Under the pieces are notes generated by a model. The model was not told where the DNA came from, made no database searches, and saw nothing but the letters and a program-made list of their open reading frames with translations. Positions 1 through 12,863 of a DNA stretch of 64,000 nucleotides are shown here, piece after piece. A program made the position numbers and the translations under genes. The first letter of the stretch is position 1, and each line of letters starts with the position of its first letter. Source of the stretch: a virus. Its lineage: Duplodnaviria > Caudoviricetes. The DNA lies in the IMG/VR virus record IMGVR_UViG_3300033463_000015; one strand, given 5' to 3'.

Positions 1-3000
1 TTATAGTTTAGAACTAATGGTACTGCAGGTACTAAAAACTTTACTGTAAAAAGCTATGCTAAAACTTATATGACTTTAATTAAAGATGGGCAGTCTTTAG
101 GTAGCTTAAAAGTTGAAAAAGGAGCAGAAGTAATCTTCTAGAATGCTACTGTAGGTAATAATACTACAATGTATTTAACTCCAGATAGATTAGTATAGTA
201 CATTCGTCCTTTAAATGAAACTCAAAACTCAACTTTCGTAGCTTCTGGCGCAAATAAACTAATGGAAGTAGTATTGGGCGGAAATGAAATTAATAGTTCA
301 TGGTCAAATACAAGCAATATTGTCGTTCCATCTCCTATTTTAAAAATTATAGATTTACATAATATTACGACATTTGCTAGTGCTTTAAATTTAAGCACAA
401 ATACAGAATTAACAACTATTGATACACGAAATACTAATGCAGGTAATATTACTATAGCACCTTATGCACCTTTAACTAGTGTATATTTAAATGCTTGTTC
501 AGGTTTAACTTTAAGTTATATTAATACTATAACAAATAGTAATAATTTTACCATAGAGAGTGGAGAAAATCTTTCTTACATTAGAATAGAAGATTGTAAC
601 TATATTATAATGTCAAAAATAATAGATGCTCTTGAAGCAGAATTAGAAACAAAAGATTTCTCACAAATTAGTGTACGTATAACTGGACTTCATGGTGCAA
701 ATGGTAATAATACTCCATTCCAATTATCTAGTACAGAATTATTAAATAAATTGCAAAGTGCTAAAGCGATAGACGCGCTTGGTAATAGTGGAATAGCTCC
801 TTGTGCATTAACGGGACGCGTACATGTGCCAACTATTGGGTCTGTTGAACTTACTCATTTTAATACAATTTGGCCTAATCTTACAATTACTTATGATGAA
901 TAGATACAATAGCAAACTATAAGATGTGTAGATGAGGATGAAGAAACAGAATTATGTTCTTTCTAGGTACAAGCGGGTAGTAATTTAATTGATCCGTACG
1001 TATCAGGCGAACTTCAAATTGTTCCTACTAAAACTGCTGATATACAATATTCTTATATATTCGGTGAGTTAGACTAGGGTGAATATATACCATTCTCTGG
1101 ATGGCGCTTAGCAGATATGAACGAATCAATTTATTCTATTTATGGTAGTACCCCCTCTATACAAGTTACTGATACTGTAACATTAATTGCTACATATACA
1201 CGTGTTCCATAGCAATATGTAGTAAGATGGATGTTAGATGCTACTCACGAAGTTTATCGTACACCAACGGCCTATAATTATGGTAGTGGATACGCATTGT
1301 CTGCACCTACTATGTAGTATATTCATGATAAAGGTCTTAGTACGACTACATTTAGCGGCTCTGGCTCTACTTGTAGTTATAGTATTATGACTGGATGGGA
1401 AAAATTGCCGACAAATATAACTCCAACTACAGCTGGCGGAACATATGATATTTATGCTACTTGGTTAAATAGAACCAATGTAAATATTAATGACGTTCTT
1501 ACTAGTAATAATTATGATGTAGCAGAAAAGTTACTAGTTCTAAAAAATATGCAAGCCGCGCGTTCAACATTGTCACTTCAAGATTTATTCCCTGTAGTAA
1601 TGGGTTATAATGGTTCAGTTGAAGGCTATTCTTTAGTAAGTAATCCAATACGTTATACTGGTACTTCAACAACTATTAATGATTATACACCATTCGCGGC
1701 CAATAAGAGTTTTACAATCGCTATTGACTATAAATTTAATTAGGAATAGAATTCTACTGCAGATGAAGCAGTACTATTATCTTGTTATGATTCTACTGGT
1801 GATAGTAAACAAGGCTTTAAACTATTTTATAATCCTCGTAGTGCTTCTCCAGTCCCATAGATTAGTTTTGGTGATACTGCGGCGGCCTATAGTTCTACTA
1901 ATATACGTACAATTGGCAACTCTATTACAAATCGTGGTATGATAGTATTACGGCATTAGGCAAATGATAAAACTTTATACATTTATATTGGTTCAGATAA
2001 CACTGGATTAGCAACAGAATATTCTAGTAGTGCTTTTAGAAAAACCATTACTAATTAGAATTTTGTTCCTAATACAAATGCTCATATTGTACTTGGAGGC
2101 ATTAATGCTGGAGGAGATACATCTATAACTAATGCTCGAGGTACGCTTTACTCGGTAAAGTACTGGGAAGAAGACTTAGGAGAAGGAGAATGCATGCAAT
2201 TAGCGAGTTGGTGCCACGAGACAATACATTTTGCGGTTTCAGATTATAACGGAGCCACTGCTCATAGTGCTATTAACTCTACTTTAAACGCTTCAGTTGT
2301 ATTACATGCATTAAATGAATCACAAATGGGAACTATTACCGAGCCTAAAATCTCAAGAGCTGACGCACCGAACAATCCCACTATTGGTTGGCAGCCGTCA
2401 ACGGTACGTGATTTTTATAACAATCGTATATATAACGGTTTGCCTGTATTATTATAGAGTATTATTAATTCTGTATCTATCCCTTATAAAATTGCTTCTT
2501 ATAATCAGGAATCTGGATACATTATCAATTAGAGTGGTGTAAATATATCTAAAGATTATGTATTTGCTCCTTCCTGTGTTGAATTAGGAGAAAATCGTGG
2601 TAATCATTCTGTTGAGGCGTCGGGTCCATTCAGTTGGAATAACGCATCTTAGATGACAACTTTAATTTATAATGAAGGCAGCTTTGAAAATGGGAATGGT
2701 AATGTTAATTATAGTCGTTTAAGATTCCCATATAAAAATATTCTACTTAATCCATCTGCAACAGTATATACGAAATTTCCAACTACTCTTGGTAGCTTCT
2801 ATACTTGGGCATCAGAAAATTCAATCACCCTTAAAGAAGGGGATATTTTAATTCCTGAAAATAGTTTAGTTGCTTATATTTATGTATCAACTGCATCAGT
2901 TAATGCTGGAGCACCAATCATTACTGATACATCTTCAAAAGCATATTTAGCTACTAATAATGGCGGTTGGATTGAATCTAAAGGTTGGTGGACTCGTTCT

Positions 3001-3123
3001 GTACTTGATACTAATAGTGCGGGGCAGATTAATAAGTTTATTTATATTGATACATTAGGTGCCTTAATTACTTCAAGTAATACTGAAAATGTTCATGGTA
3101 TTAATTGTTCTATTGCAATTTAA
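1..3123 (+). CDS. Large virion-associated protein, 5'-truncated (>1040 aa, code 15); LRR-like region and DUF6273-like C-terminus
   Basis: ORFs 262, 1387, 2194 and 2653 share one frame and join via TAG; ends TAA 3121-3123; WWTRS motif near C-terminus. Confidence 0.75.
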
Positions 3124-3137
3124 AGAGGTGAGAATGT

Positions 3138-3866
3138 ATGACTTATTATAAAATCATTGTTAATAATCAAATTATTGGCGTTGCCACTTCTATGAATTGC
3201 CTTCGTTTTTAGAATAAGCATTTAACATTGGAGCGAACAATGGATGATTTAGCCGAATATATTGAATGCGTGGATCAATTATATCATGCAACTTGGATGG
3301 CGCCAATAAAGACAAATTTATATCATTATGTTGTGGCAGCTATTATAGAGGTTTCTGAAGAAGAGTATGCTATACTAGTCCCAGCAATTGAAGACAGCCC
3401 TATTCCTATTGAAGAGGATGAAGAAGAACAACCGATTATTTCTAATGAAGATCCAGATATTACAGTTGAATTTGTTCGTGAAGCAAAGATAAATAAAATG
3501 TCACAAACTTGTAATCAAGTAATTGAAGCCGGCTTCGACATTGAACTTAGTGGTAAGATAGAGCATTTTTCCCTTACCACCCAAGACCAACTTAACCTTA
3601 TCTCCTTATCCTCAATGGCGGCGAATGGTATGGAAGCAATTCCATACCACGCCGACGGGGAGATTTGTCGTTTCTATTCTAATGCAGAAATGCAGGCGAT
3701 AGTTGCAAGGGCAACTGCTTTCAAAATCTACCACACCACATATTATAATGCGTTAAAAAATTATATTAATTCTTTAGACACGATTGAGGCTATTGCGGCG
3801 ATTACCTATGGTGTTGAATTGCCAGAAGCTTATCAATCTGATGTTCTAAAGTCATTACAGCAATGA
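3138..3866 (+). CDS. DUF4376-like tail-fibre-associated protein
   Basis: GAGGTG RBS, ATG 3138, one TAG, in frame with ORF 3228; HFSLTTQDQLNL...YHADGEICRFYS motif. Confidence 0.65.
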
Positions 3867-4282
3867 AAAAAGTAATAAAAGATACTGCCATTTTTATAAT
3901 ATTTGGCACTATCTATTTTCTTCTTGAATGCATATGGAAGGGCCATCCTTCACACTATACCATGTTTATATTAGGCGGCATGATGGGCCTTGTAGTAGGC
4001 GGTCTAAATGAATGGTATAGTTGGGATTTGCCCTTCCATATATAGTGTATATGTGGTGCGGCTTTGGTAACTGCAGGAGAAGGCATATTTGGTTTAATAC
4101 TAAATAAATTATTACACTTAAATATATGGGATTATAGTCATACTTGGGGTAGATTTTTCTTTGACCAATGTAGCATTCCATTCACATTACTCTGGTTATT
4201 ATTATCAGCAATATGCATATTACTTGATGATTTCATTAGATGGAAGTTATTCGGTGAAGAAAAACCTCATTATAGATTTTGA
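3863..4282 (+). CDS. Small multi-pass membrane protein (DUF1113/putative ABC-permease-like)
   Basis: ORFs 3863 and 4064 join via TAG 4043; hydrophobic helices; IWDYS motif. Confidence 0.65.
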
Positions 4283-4353
4283 CGCAAAATACTATAACTC
4301 CCTACTATAATTATCACTTTCAATTTAGAGGTCTCTTATGACTGAAAATGTTA

Positions 4354-4386
4354 GGGGATGTACTTAAAGTACGTCCCCATTTTTTT
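4354..4386 (+). terminator. Intrinsic terminator
   Basis: GGGGATGTAC-ttaaa-GTACGTCCCC hairpin followed by T-tract. Confidence 0.7.
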
Positions 4387-4419
4387 AATAATAATAAATA
4401 ATAGAGGTCGGTGATAGCT

Positions 4420-7400
4420 ATGATAAGGCTTATACAACGACGCTTAATTATCCCGCGTGGAGACACGGGAACATTTACTGTGCCTTTGTTAGCCACGGCC
4501 TAGACTGGTGATGTATAGGTATTCACTATTTTTGATGAGAAGACTTAGAAAAAGGTTTTTGAGAAAATAGTAGAGGTTAGCGGCGAAACAATGGAAATTG
4601 TTTTTAGCCACGCCGATACTGTAAATTTACCGGTTGGTGATTATGTTTGGGATATTAAGTTTTACAAAGACCCTGATATTGTCGATGGAGTGGTGACAAA
4701 TGGCACCGAAATTGACTCTTATTATGCGGCTTTTAAGTTGCCTGTTTGTGAGATTAGATAGACAGGCGATACTTTATTGACTGCCGACGATGCTCCTACT
4801 TCTACTATGGCACCGGAGCAGTTGAATATTGTGTTGGCGGCAATGAGCGAGACTAATGCGGCTAAGGCAGATGCGGCAAATAGTGCATCCGCGGCTGAAG
4901 CATCGGCACAAAGTGCGGGTGCGGCGGCAACTGCGGCTAATACTGATGCGGGTCGAGCAGAAGATGCGGCAACAAGTGCCAGCACAAGCGCTTCCGCCGC
5001 CAGCGACTCTGCGACTGCTGCTGATAGCGCTAAGGCTGACACAATTAGTGCGATGAATAGTGCTGTTGCAGCTAATACAGCAGCATAGACGGCATTGAGT
5101 AGTGCTTAGGCGGCGGCAACTACGGCAACTAACAAGGCTGCTGAGGCGACCGCAAGTGCGGCTGCAGCCAGCGATAGCGCTACTGCGGCTTCAACGAGTG
5201 CTTCTGCCGCCAGTTCATCAGCGAATAGTGCGGCATCAAGTGCTAATAGTGCTGCGGCGTCAGTTATTTAGATGGATGCATTAGTAAGAACTATTCCTAC
5301 TAATGTAAGTGAATTTACAAATGATGCGGGTTATATTACATCCGCGGCTTTACCTACTAAGGTAAGTGATTTGACTGATGATAGCGGACATTATACGAAG
5401 CCGGCTGGTGGTATTCCTGCGGCTGATTTGGCTGATGGAGTAGTGCCGGTGTAGGATGTTTAGATTGATGGAACTAGTATTTTAAATAATAGAGTTGTCA
5501 ATATTCCTACTGCAAATGATAATTCATCTGGAGTAGTAAAAATTGATTCATCTTATGGTATACAAATTTCACAAAATGGCTATTTACAAACTGCTATACC
5601 AAGTGATTCTCAAATAAAAAATGCTAATAAAATTGCTGGTACTTATAAACCTATTGTTCCTAGTATATAGCATATATCTACATTTTATGGCTTAGCAAAG
5701 GCTGCTGGGGCTGATATGAAAAATAGTGATAACGCAGTAGGCACCTACACATCCGAAGCCAAAACCGCAATCCAATCAATGCTTGATGTACCGTCAAATG
5801 CAACCGTAACTAGTGCTATTAGCACAGCAATTGGCAATGTAAATTAGTTCAATATATCGGTTGTTTAGGCTCTACCAGAACAAAATATATAGGAGCATAC
5901 TATTTACTTTGTTCCTAAAACTGGTGAGACTAATGATGTATATGATGAGTATATTTATGTAAATAATGGTTGGGAAATGATTGGGAATACACAAATTGAT
6001 TTGAGCAATTATGCTACAAAAGCAGACACCGTACTTGATACAACCCTTAGCCGCGGACGCAAGGCAAATACTACAGTCGGTACCGCCAGCATCGCATTTG
6101 GCGTTGATGCAGAAGCAAGCGGCTATTATTCTACAGCCATTGGTCTAAATACAAGTGCCGTAAGCCAAGGTGCGTTTGCTGAAGGTAAAAATACAACTGC
6201 ACACTATATTGCTCACGCTGAAGGTGAAAATACTGAAGCAAATGGTTCGTGGGCACACAGTGAAGGCGTAGGCACTGTCGCAAATGGGGCAGCATCACAC
6301 GCGGGCGGCGATAGCACAATTGCGAATGGACATTCTTCATTTGTGACTGGTAGATATAATGCGGCTGACAGTTATGATAATTGGGCTTTCTGGGCTGCTA
6401 ATACATCATATGATGTGGGAGATAAGGTAAAGAGAGAACAATTAGTGAATAATGAGCCTACTATTATAGGCTATATTTGTAAAGAAGCAAATACTGATGA
6501 AACTTTTACTATAAGTCATTGGGACTTTGATAGTAATCATATGAACTATTCTGTTATTGTAGGTAATGGCTATGAAGCAGAAGACTCTGAGACACACGAA
6601 GTTGTAAGACACGGTTCTAATGCATATGCTCTTGACTGGGATGGTAACGGCCACTTCGCAGGTGATGTGTATGTTGGCGCTAATGCTGATTCGACAGGCG
6701 GAGAGAAACTTGTAAAAGAAAGCGATGTGCCTGTTGAGAGCGGAAGTGGCGTTGGGAGTGTACAGACAAAAGCATTTGTGTATAGTGGAGTTACTTTTAC
6801 TCAAACGGCAGAAGGTGTTGGATCATTTGCAGAAGGAATAATGACTACCGCTTCTGGAAATTATTCTCACGCAGAAGGAAATGTTACGACCGCTTCTGGT
6901 ACTAATTCTCATGCAGAGGGGCAGCAAACGATAGCTTCTGGGAACAGAGCTCATGCCGAAGGAAATCGTGTAACCGCATCCGGTGCTAATTCTCATGCAG
7001 AGGGTTATTATACTACCTCATCCGGTGCTAATTCTCATGCAGAGGGTTATTATACTACTGCGTCTGCTTCAAGATCTCATGCTGAAGGATGGATGACCGG
7101 AGCTAATGGTATGGCATCTCATTCTGAAGGCGGTGTTACTGACGCGAACGGCAATTGTTCTCATGCCGAGGGAAGCAATACTATTGCTAACGGAGAAAGT
7201 CAGCATGTAGAAGGTGTATATAATGTTCCCGATTCTTTTAGTAATTGGCCAGAATGGGTTGCTAATACTGTCTATTCTGTAGATGATAAAGTAAAAATAA
7301 CAACTACAGTAAATAATGAAACAACTATTGAAGGTTATATTTGTCAAAATGCTAACTCAGATGCAGAGTTTACTACGGCTAATTGGACTAAAAATACAAC

Positions 7401-7575
7401 AATGAATTATGCCCATATTGTAGGTAATGGTTCAGCTTATGGTACTTCAAATGCCTACGCCCTAGATTGGTCCGGTAACGGACACTACGCAGGCGACATA
7501 TATATAAATTGTAATAACGATAGCACTGGCGGCGAAAAGCTAGTGAATGGATTAAAGGTGGTGAGGTTGATATGA
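4420..7575 (+). CDS. Tail fibre/adhesin (~1051 aa): BppU-like N-terminus, Ala-rich coiled coil, YadA-like SHAEG head repeats
   Basis: ATG 4420 (MIRLIQRRLIIPRGDTG); ORFs 4777, 5272 and 5977 in the same frame, joined by TAG; 14-aa xSHAEGxxTxAxG repeats. Confidence 0.8.
6977..7058 (+). repeat. Tandem coding repeat, 42-nt period
   Basis: catccggtgctaattctcatgcagagggttattatactac identical at 6977 and 7019. Confidence 0.9.
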
Positions 7576-8000
7576 TGTATTTAGGTTAGAATGCTGTGGG
7601 TATTGCGACAAAAATACCTGTTGGAGAAATATATCAGAATACAACCATAGCCCAAGAAAATAATTCACAAACTATTATTTTTAGCAATGTTGAAAATAAA
7701 CCAGACGCTTTTATAGTTGGTGTGATGAATATGTCTGGTATAACACCAAGTGGTTTTTATGGATGTACTGCGGCTTGTGGTGTTTGGACAGAATATCAAG
7801 GTGGCCAGTATGCTGGCGGCCGTGCGACTGGAATAAATCAAAGCAATTAGGAAGACCATTGGCAAATAGCAGCAGGCAATATTACATATGATGCAGACGC
7901 AAAAACATTTACAATTTTTACAAATAGCCCAGTTAGATTTATATCTGGCTGGACATATAAATTAAGTTATTATACTTCGCATAGAGGAGGTGACACCTAA
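7572..8000 (+). CDS. Hypothetical tail-associated protein
   Basis: Extends ORF 7596 across two TAGs; stop TAA overlaps next ATG. Confidence 0.65.
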
Positions 8001-9295
8001 TGCCTGATTATTCAAAACAAATAGTCTACCTATCACAAGCTCAATATCAAGAGCTTATAACCAATGGCACCATAACTGTGGATGGTGTCACCGTTACATA
8101 CAACGAGAACGATATATACGTAACGCCGCAAGCGGAGCCTGTAACTGATGTGCAGGTGAATGGGACGAGTATTGCAAGTAATGGAGTTGCTAATATACCG
8201 ATGGCAACAGAGAATAGCTATGGTGTAGTAATGCCCGATAATGCAAGTCTTGGTATAGCAAACTATTTAGGTATACCAAAATTAACCATAAAACCACGGC
8301 CAATCGGATATATTAAAGGCGAGAATCAAGAAACAGCTATAACTGCTTCAATGCAACATCAATCTACTTTTTATGGTTTAGCTAAGGCGGCAGGAGACAC
8401 AACACAAAAGAACTCTGATAATGCCGTTGGTACTTACACCGATGAAGCCAAGCAAAGCATCCAACAAATGCTCGGCGTCTCCTCCCTCATCGCCCCATCC
8501 GAACCTACCCTCATCGCCTCAAAAGCCTATGCGGTTGGCGATGTATTTACTGCGAACGGCAAGCTCTACAAAGTTACGACAGCGATTGCGGCTGCGGAGA
8601 GTATTGTAGTGCAAAATGAAGGGGATGAAATAAGTGGGCATAATGCGGAAGAGTGTAAAATGACGGATTATGCAGTGCATGATGTGCAAGTCAATGGCAC
8701 GAGCGTAGTTAGTAACGGCGTGGCGAATGTGCCGATAGCAAGCACATCAAACCTTGGTCTTATAAAGCCAAAGAACGGATTTGGTATTTCGGTTAATTCA
8801 GCAGGACAAATATATACTGTAAAGCCGATCACGGCAGAAATAAAAGCAGGGACACATCAATATAACAGCATCGTTCCATATAATCAGCATGAATCTGTCT
8901 TCTATGGTCTTGCTAAAGCCGCAGGAGACTCAACCCAAAGCGCGTCCAGTAACGCAGTCGGCACCTACACCGACTCCGCCAAAGCCTCCATTAAATCAAT
9001 GCTCGGTATTGTTGATGGCTCAACTGGCACGGTATCTGTCACGGGCACAACTCCCTCAATCACCGCAGTTGAAAACACCCGCTACGTCTGCGGCGAAGTT
9101 GTTACATTGACCATTACTCCACCCGCAAGCGGCATTTGCATTATACGCTTCACCAGCGGCACAACGCCTACTGTGCTTACTGCGACTGGTGTTGTATGGC
9201 CTGAATGGTTTGATGACACAGCACTTGAAACTGAAAGAGTTTATGAAATTTGCATTACAGATGGGTATGGGGCGGTGATGTCATGGGCACTGTAA
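8000..9295 (+). CDS. Tail fibre protein with two DVQVNGTS...FYGLAKAAG...NAVGTYT modules
   Basis: 431-aa ORF; module shared with gene 4420-7575. Confidence 0.7.
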   Translation: MPDYSKQIVYLSQAQYQELITNGTITVDGVTVTYNENDIYVTPQAEPVTDVQVNGTSIASNGVANIPMATENSYGVVMPDNASLGIANYLGIPKLTIKPRPIGYIKGENQETAITASMQHQSTFYGLAKAAGDTTQKNSDNAVGTYTDEAKQSIQQMLGVSSLIAPSEPTLIASKAYAVGDVFTANGKLYKVTTAIAAAESIVVQNEGDEISGHNAEECKMTDYAVHDVQVNGTSVVSNGVANVPIASTSNLGLIKPKNGFGISVNSAGQIYTVKPITAEIKAGTHQYNSIVPYNQHESVFYGLAKAAGDSTQSASSNAVGTYTDSAKASIKSMLGIVDGSTGTVSVTGTTPSITAVENTRYVCGEVVTLTITPPASGICIIRFTSGTTPTVLTATGVVWPEWFDDTALETERVYEICITDGYGAVMSWAL

Positions 9296-12147
9296 AATAT
9301 ACTGGGCCTGTGGCATCATTCCACTGCCCTACTAATGCGGAGATTAGAAGCTTGAAGGTGCATTTTAGCCCGAAGCAGGATGGAACAGGAGACCCGAGTC
9401 CGGAGAATGTGCGGCCGATTGTTGGATGGGATGGAGTAAAAGCGTATGACTGGACTTCTGCAAACGCAAGCACCTCTTCTGTTCCAAGTGAGTATAAGAA
9501 GGTCGAGTATCTGGAATGTACCGGGACGCAGTACATCGCGACGAACTACATTGTTCAGTCTGGCTGGGCTGATATAACAATGCGGTTTATGCATAGAGCT
9601 ACCCAATCTAACGATTCAATGTATTTTGGTAGCTCTGCAGGTTCCACTAAATGGACATTCCAATGCGAATGTTATGCTGGAACGGGCTGGTATGTGGCGT
9701 GCGGAAAATATAATTATCGAAATCAGTTGTATGGGTTTTGTACAAGTTCTGATGTTGTGTATGATTTGCGTGTTAATAACGTGTGCCTTACAATAGGCGG
9801 CAATACGACAACAGATAAAACTATACGAGATGGCGAAAACACTTTTCCGATGTACATTTTCGCATGGAATGGTAGTGGTAATGCTCAATACTTGAATACA
9901 GGTGCAAGAATTTATTTTCTGACTTTCCGTGAAAACGGCATTATTGCCGCCGATTTTGTCCCTTGTCTTCGCAAATCTGATAACAAACCCGGAATGTACG
10001 ACACGGTATCTCAAACCTTCTACACCAATGCCGGAACAGGCGAGTTCCTGTATGGCCCTGAAGTAAGCGGATATACTGAGGACTACAAGTTCGGGGTGTT
10101 GGGGAAGAATAAACTTGATGTTTCTGCTTATATAGATAATGAATATGTTAAGTCTGATGGAACTTTTGATACTAATAATTCCTTTAGGCGTACCGATTAT
10201 CTTCATTTATCGCCTGGAGATTATATTTATTCATCTGTAAAAAATGATAGTGTTGCGGCATATAGTAGAGTATGCGGATATACAAAAGATAAAACTTTTG
10301 TTTCAATGCTTAATGAACAGCTTAAAAATTCTGAAAATTACACAATGACTTTTACTGTGGCAGATAATGTTTATTATATTGTATTACAATCATATAAAAA
10401 TACATCACAAGAACAAATCGAACTCGGCTCCACCGCAACCACCTACGAACCCTACTCCTCCGACAACACCGTCTACGGCGGCTATGTCGATCTGGCGAAA
10501 GGGGAAGTGGTGGCGGAGTGGTATAAAGTTGTTATGGACGGAGTAAATATCAAGTGTAATAGTGACTACAGCAATGACAATTATATTATCGGCGGATGGG
10601 TATATGTTTCACCAACCGGAATGTATGATAGTGAGTTTCATTCAAAGTATTGCTGCGACAGCATGCCAATAGTAGCAAACACTGAAACGAATCCACAATC
10701 TTTACCATTTATGCGTACGACAGGTGCTGGATATTTGTATCTTAGAATTTGGGCGGCTAATACGGCAGATCATCCTGAACTTGACACGGCGCAAAAGCGA
10801 AAAGACTTTGTTAATGCTTACCTCCAAGAACATCCAGCATCCGTAGTATACAAATTAAGAGAACCCATCCACTACCCCCTCGCCCCAACCGCCCTCCAAA
10901 CCTTCCTCGGCCGCAACAACGTCTGGTCCAACGCGGACTATGTTGAAGTTGAGTACGATTTGCACGAGACGCAAGACCTATTGCAGCGAAAAGCCTTCAT
11001 TATGGCTAATCAGCCGCACATTGTAAAACCAGCGGCGGCAACGTTGCAGAGCTTCAGGACGGATGTTATTGCGCCGCTGAAGGAATGTAAGGTGCATTTT
11101 GAACCTGTACAAGAAGGTAGTGGTGACCCAAGTCCGGATAATGTCAGGCCGATTACGGGGTGGACTGGGTGCGAGGTGTATCGGACGGGGAAGAACTTGT
11201 TGAATGCCAGCGTACTGTCACAAGCCGAATCGTATAGCACTTTAGGCTTATACGGATACCGCTATACTGATGCGATCTTCCTGAAACCGAATACGCAGTA
11301 CTATATCAACTGGGACAGAACAGGACAAGACGCAACAGCAGACCCTGTGTGTTATTGGGGAATAAAAATCTATAATAGCACATATAGTGATGTATCAGAC
11401 ACCGGAACGTTTAGGTATTATGTGAATGGTGCAAACGGTCTGAGAAGATATACGACCAGTTTTACAACCGGGCCTTACGGTGCTGTTCGATTTGCGATTA
11501 ACCCGCAGAGCGGCTATGCCAATATGCAAGCGGCGCTGAACGACGTATTCGCAAAGGCGTACTGGCAAATGGAAATCGGAACCGCCGCCACTTCTTACGA
11601 ACCCTACAACGGTACGACCATTCCCTTCGACTGGACTTCCTCTGCCGGGACCGTATACGGCGGGTATGTGGATTTGGTGAAGGGGGAGTTGGTGGCAACT
11701 CATAGAAAAGTACAAATACCACCGAATGACATAAAAGGCGGAGTTGGTGGCTTTGTTGACAATCCAGCATATCAAGGAGCCACGTTTACCCATAGATATT
11801 TTAGCATATCTCAACAAAGTAACACGAATGGGTTACTGATTGGGAATTACATGTCAAAAGGGAATTGTGGCAGAGAGGCTTGGCGTTGTAATTATGACGG
11901 AACAGGTTTATTGCACTATTCTGTTTCTAACGATGCAATTGGTGTTACATCAGAAACTTCTGCTGGTGATAGAAATACGGCGGTGGCTGCGTGGTTATCA
12001 GAGTATAATCCATATTTAATATACACTCTACAAACCCCACAACTGGTTGCAACCCTCACCCCAACCCAGCTCAAAACCCTCCGTGGCACTAACAACGTCT
12101 GGTCCAACGCAAACGGCAACATTGAATTGGCTTATTGGAGCCATTAA
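9283..12147 (+). CDS. Large receptor-binding/tail protein with internally duplicated scaffold
   Basis: ATG 9283 overlapping upstream gene end; GDPSP.NVRPI.GW, TVYGGYVDL.KGE and NNVWSNA each occur twice. Confidence 0.7.
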   Translation: MGTVKYTGPVASFHCPTNAEIRSLKVHFSPKQDGTGDPSPENVRPIVGWDGVKAYDWTSANASTSSVPSEYKKVEYLECTGTQYIATNYIVQSGWADITMRFMHRATQSNDSMYFGSSAGSTKWTFQCECYAGTGWYVACGKYNYRNQLYGFCTSSDVVYDLRVNNVCLTIGGNTTTDKTIRDGENTFPMYIFAWNGSGNAQYLNTGARIYFLTFRENGIIAADFVPCLRKSDNKPGMYDTVSQTFYTNAGTGEFLYGPEVSGYTEDYKFGVLGKNKLDVSAYIDNEYVKSDGTFDTNNSFRRTDYLHLSPGDYIYSSVKNDSVAAYSRVCGYTKDKTFVSMLNEQLKNSENYTMTFTVADNVYYIVLQSYKNTSQEQIELGSTATTYEPYSSDNTVYGGYVDLAKGEVVAEWYKVVMDGVNIKCNSDYSNDNYIIGGWVYVSPTGMYDSEFHSKYCCDSMPIVANTETNPQSLPFMRTTGAGYLYLRIWAANTADHPELDTAQKRKDFVNAYLQEHPASVVYKLREPIHYPLAPTALQTFLGRNNVWSNADYVEVEYDLHETQDLLQRKAFIMANQPHIVKPAAATLQSFRTDVIAPLKECKVHFEPVQEGSGDPSPDNVRPITGWTGCEVYRTGKNLLNASVLSQAESYSTLGLYGYRYTDAIFLKPNTQYYINWDRTGQDATADPVCYWGIKIYNSTYSDVSDTGTFRYYVNGANGLRRYTTSFTTGPYGAVRFAINPQSGYANMQAALNDVFAKAYWQMEIGTAATSYEPYNGTTIPFDWTSSAGTVYGGYVDLVKGELVATHRKVQIPPNDIKGGVGGFVDNPAYQGATFTHRYFSISQQSNTNGLLIGNYMSKGNCGREAWRCNYDGTGLLHYSVSNDAIGVTSETSAGDRNTAVAAWLSEYNPYLIYTLQTPQLVATLTPTQLKTLRGTNNVWSNANGNIELAYWSH

Positions 12148-12200
12148 TTACTAATAAACTACTCCTACGGGAGTACAACATCACATAAGGAGTGATCTCT

Positions 12201-12521
12201 ATGGTACGTACAATTTATGAAGTATATGCAAAAGTAGTAGACGCTAATGGCGCCTACAACACCCTATCTGGTTATCCTAAGGTATTCGACAGCCGTTCTT
12301 ATAATGGTGATGTCGAGAAAACACTTCAGCGCGCAAAGGGAGAGTTCCACGAAACTTTTGGCGCAATGTGCAAGCGTGACGACCGTCAGCAACAGATGGT
12401 TGTACTTATGACTTCTGCTGGTCAACCAATTGAACGTCAAGTAATTGGTTCTATTGCTCCTGATCCTGATCCAGAACTAGAGGTTGAGCCTGAAGAAAAT
12501 CCTTAGCCTGAAGGTGAATAA
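12201..12521 (+). CDS. Hypothetical protein
   Basis: AAGGAG RBS; TAG 12504 read through to TAA 12519. Confidence 0.65.
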
Positions 12522-12590
12522 AAATTTTTACAGTGGGCGTAAACAGACATACATATCTGCTTGCGCCCACACTTTTTTTATGGAAAAGAT

Positions 12591-12619
12591 TTGACAAACT
12601 AAAATGTTTGTGATATAAT
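12591..12619 (+). promoter_or_regulatory. Sigma70/SigA-type promoter
   Basis: TTGACA-N17-TATAAT with extended -10 TG, downstream of a terminator hairpin at ~12533-12579. Confidence 0.75.
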
Positions 12620-12652
12620 ATAATTAAAGAAAAAAAGAAATGAGAGGTTAAT

Positions 12653-12859
12653 ATGGGACGAAATAGAGACGATTATTACTACGAAGAAGTATATTCTACT
12701 GAAACCGAAGAAACTACAATTGTAAACGAAATTGAAATTGGATGCGGCTTTTGTAAAGACAAACGTAAGAATAAGGACATTGAACTTTACTTTCTTGATC
12801 GCGCAAACAATATGCGCCCTTGTTCTTACTGTCCATCTTGCGGCCGCAAGTTGGGGTGA
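12653..12859 (+). CDS. Small Zn-ribbon protein
   Basis: CGFC...CSYCPSCG. Confidence 0.6.
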   Translation: MGRNRDDYYYEEVYSTETEETTIVNEIEIGCGFCKDKRKNKDIELYFLDRANNMRPCSYCPSCGRKLG

Positions 12860-12863
12860 GTGA

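Noticed and set aside
6860-7220. CRISPR array
   Set aside because: 42-nt periodic repeats are in-frame coding repeats; no cas genes or unique spacers
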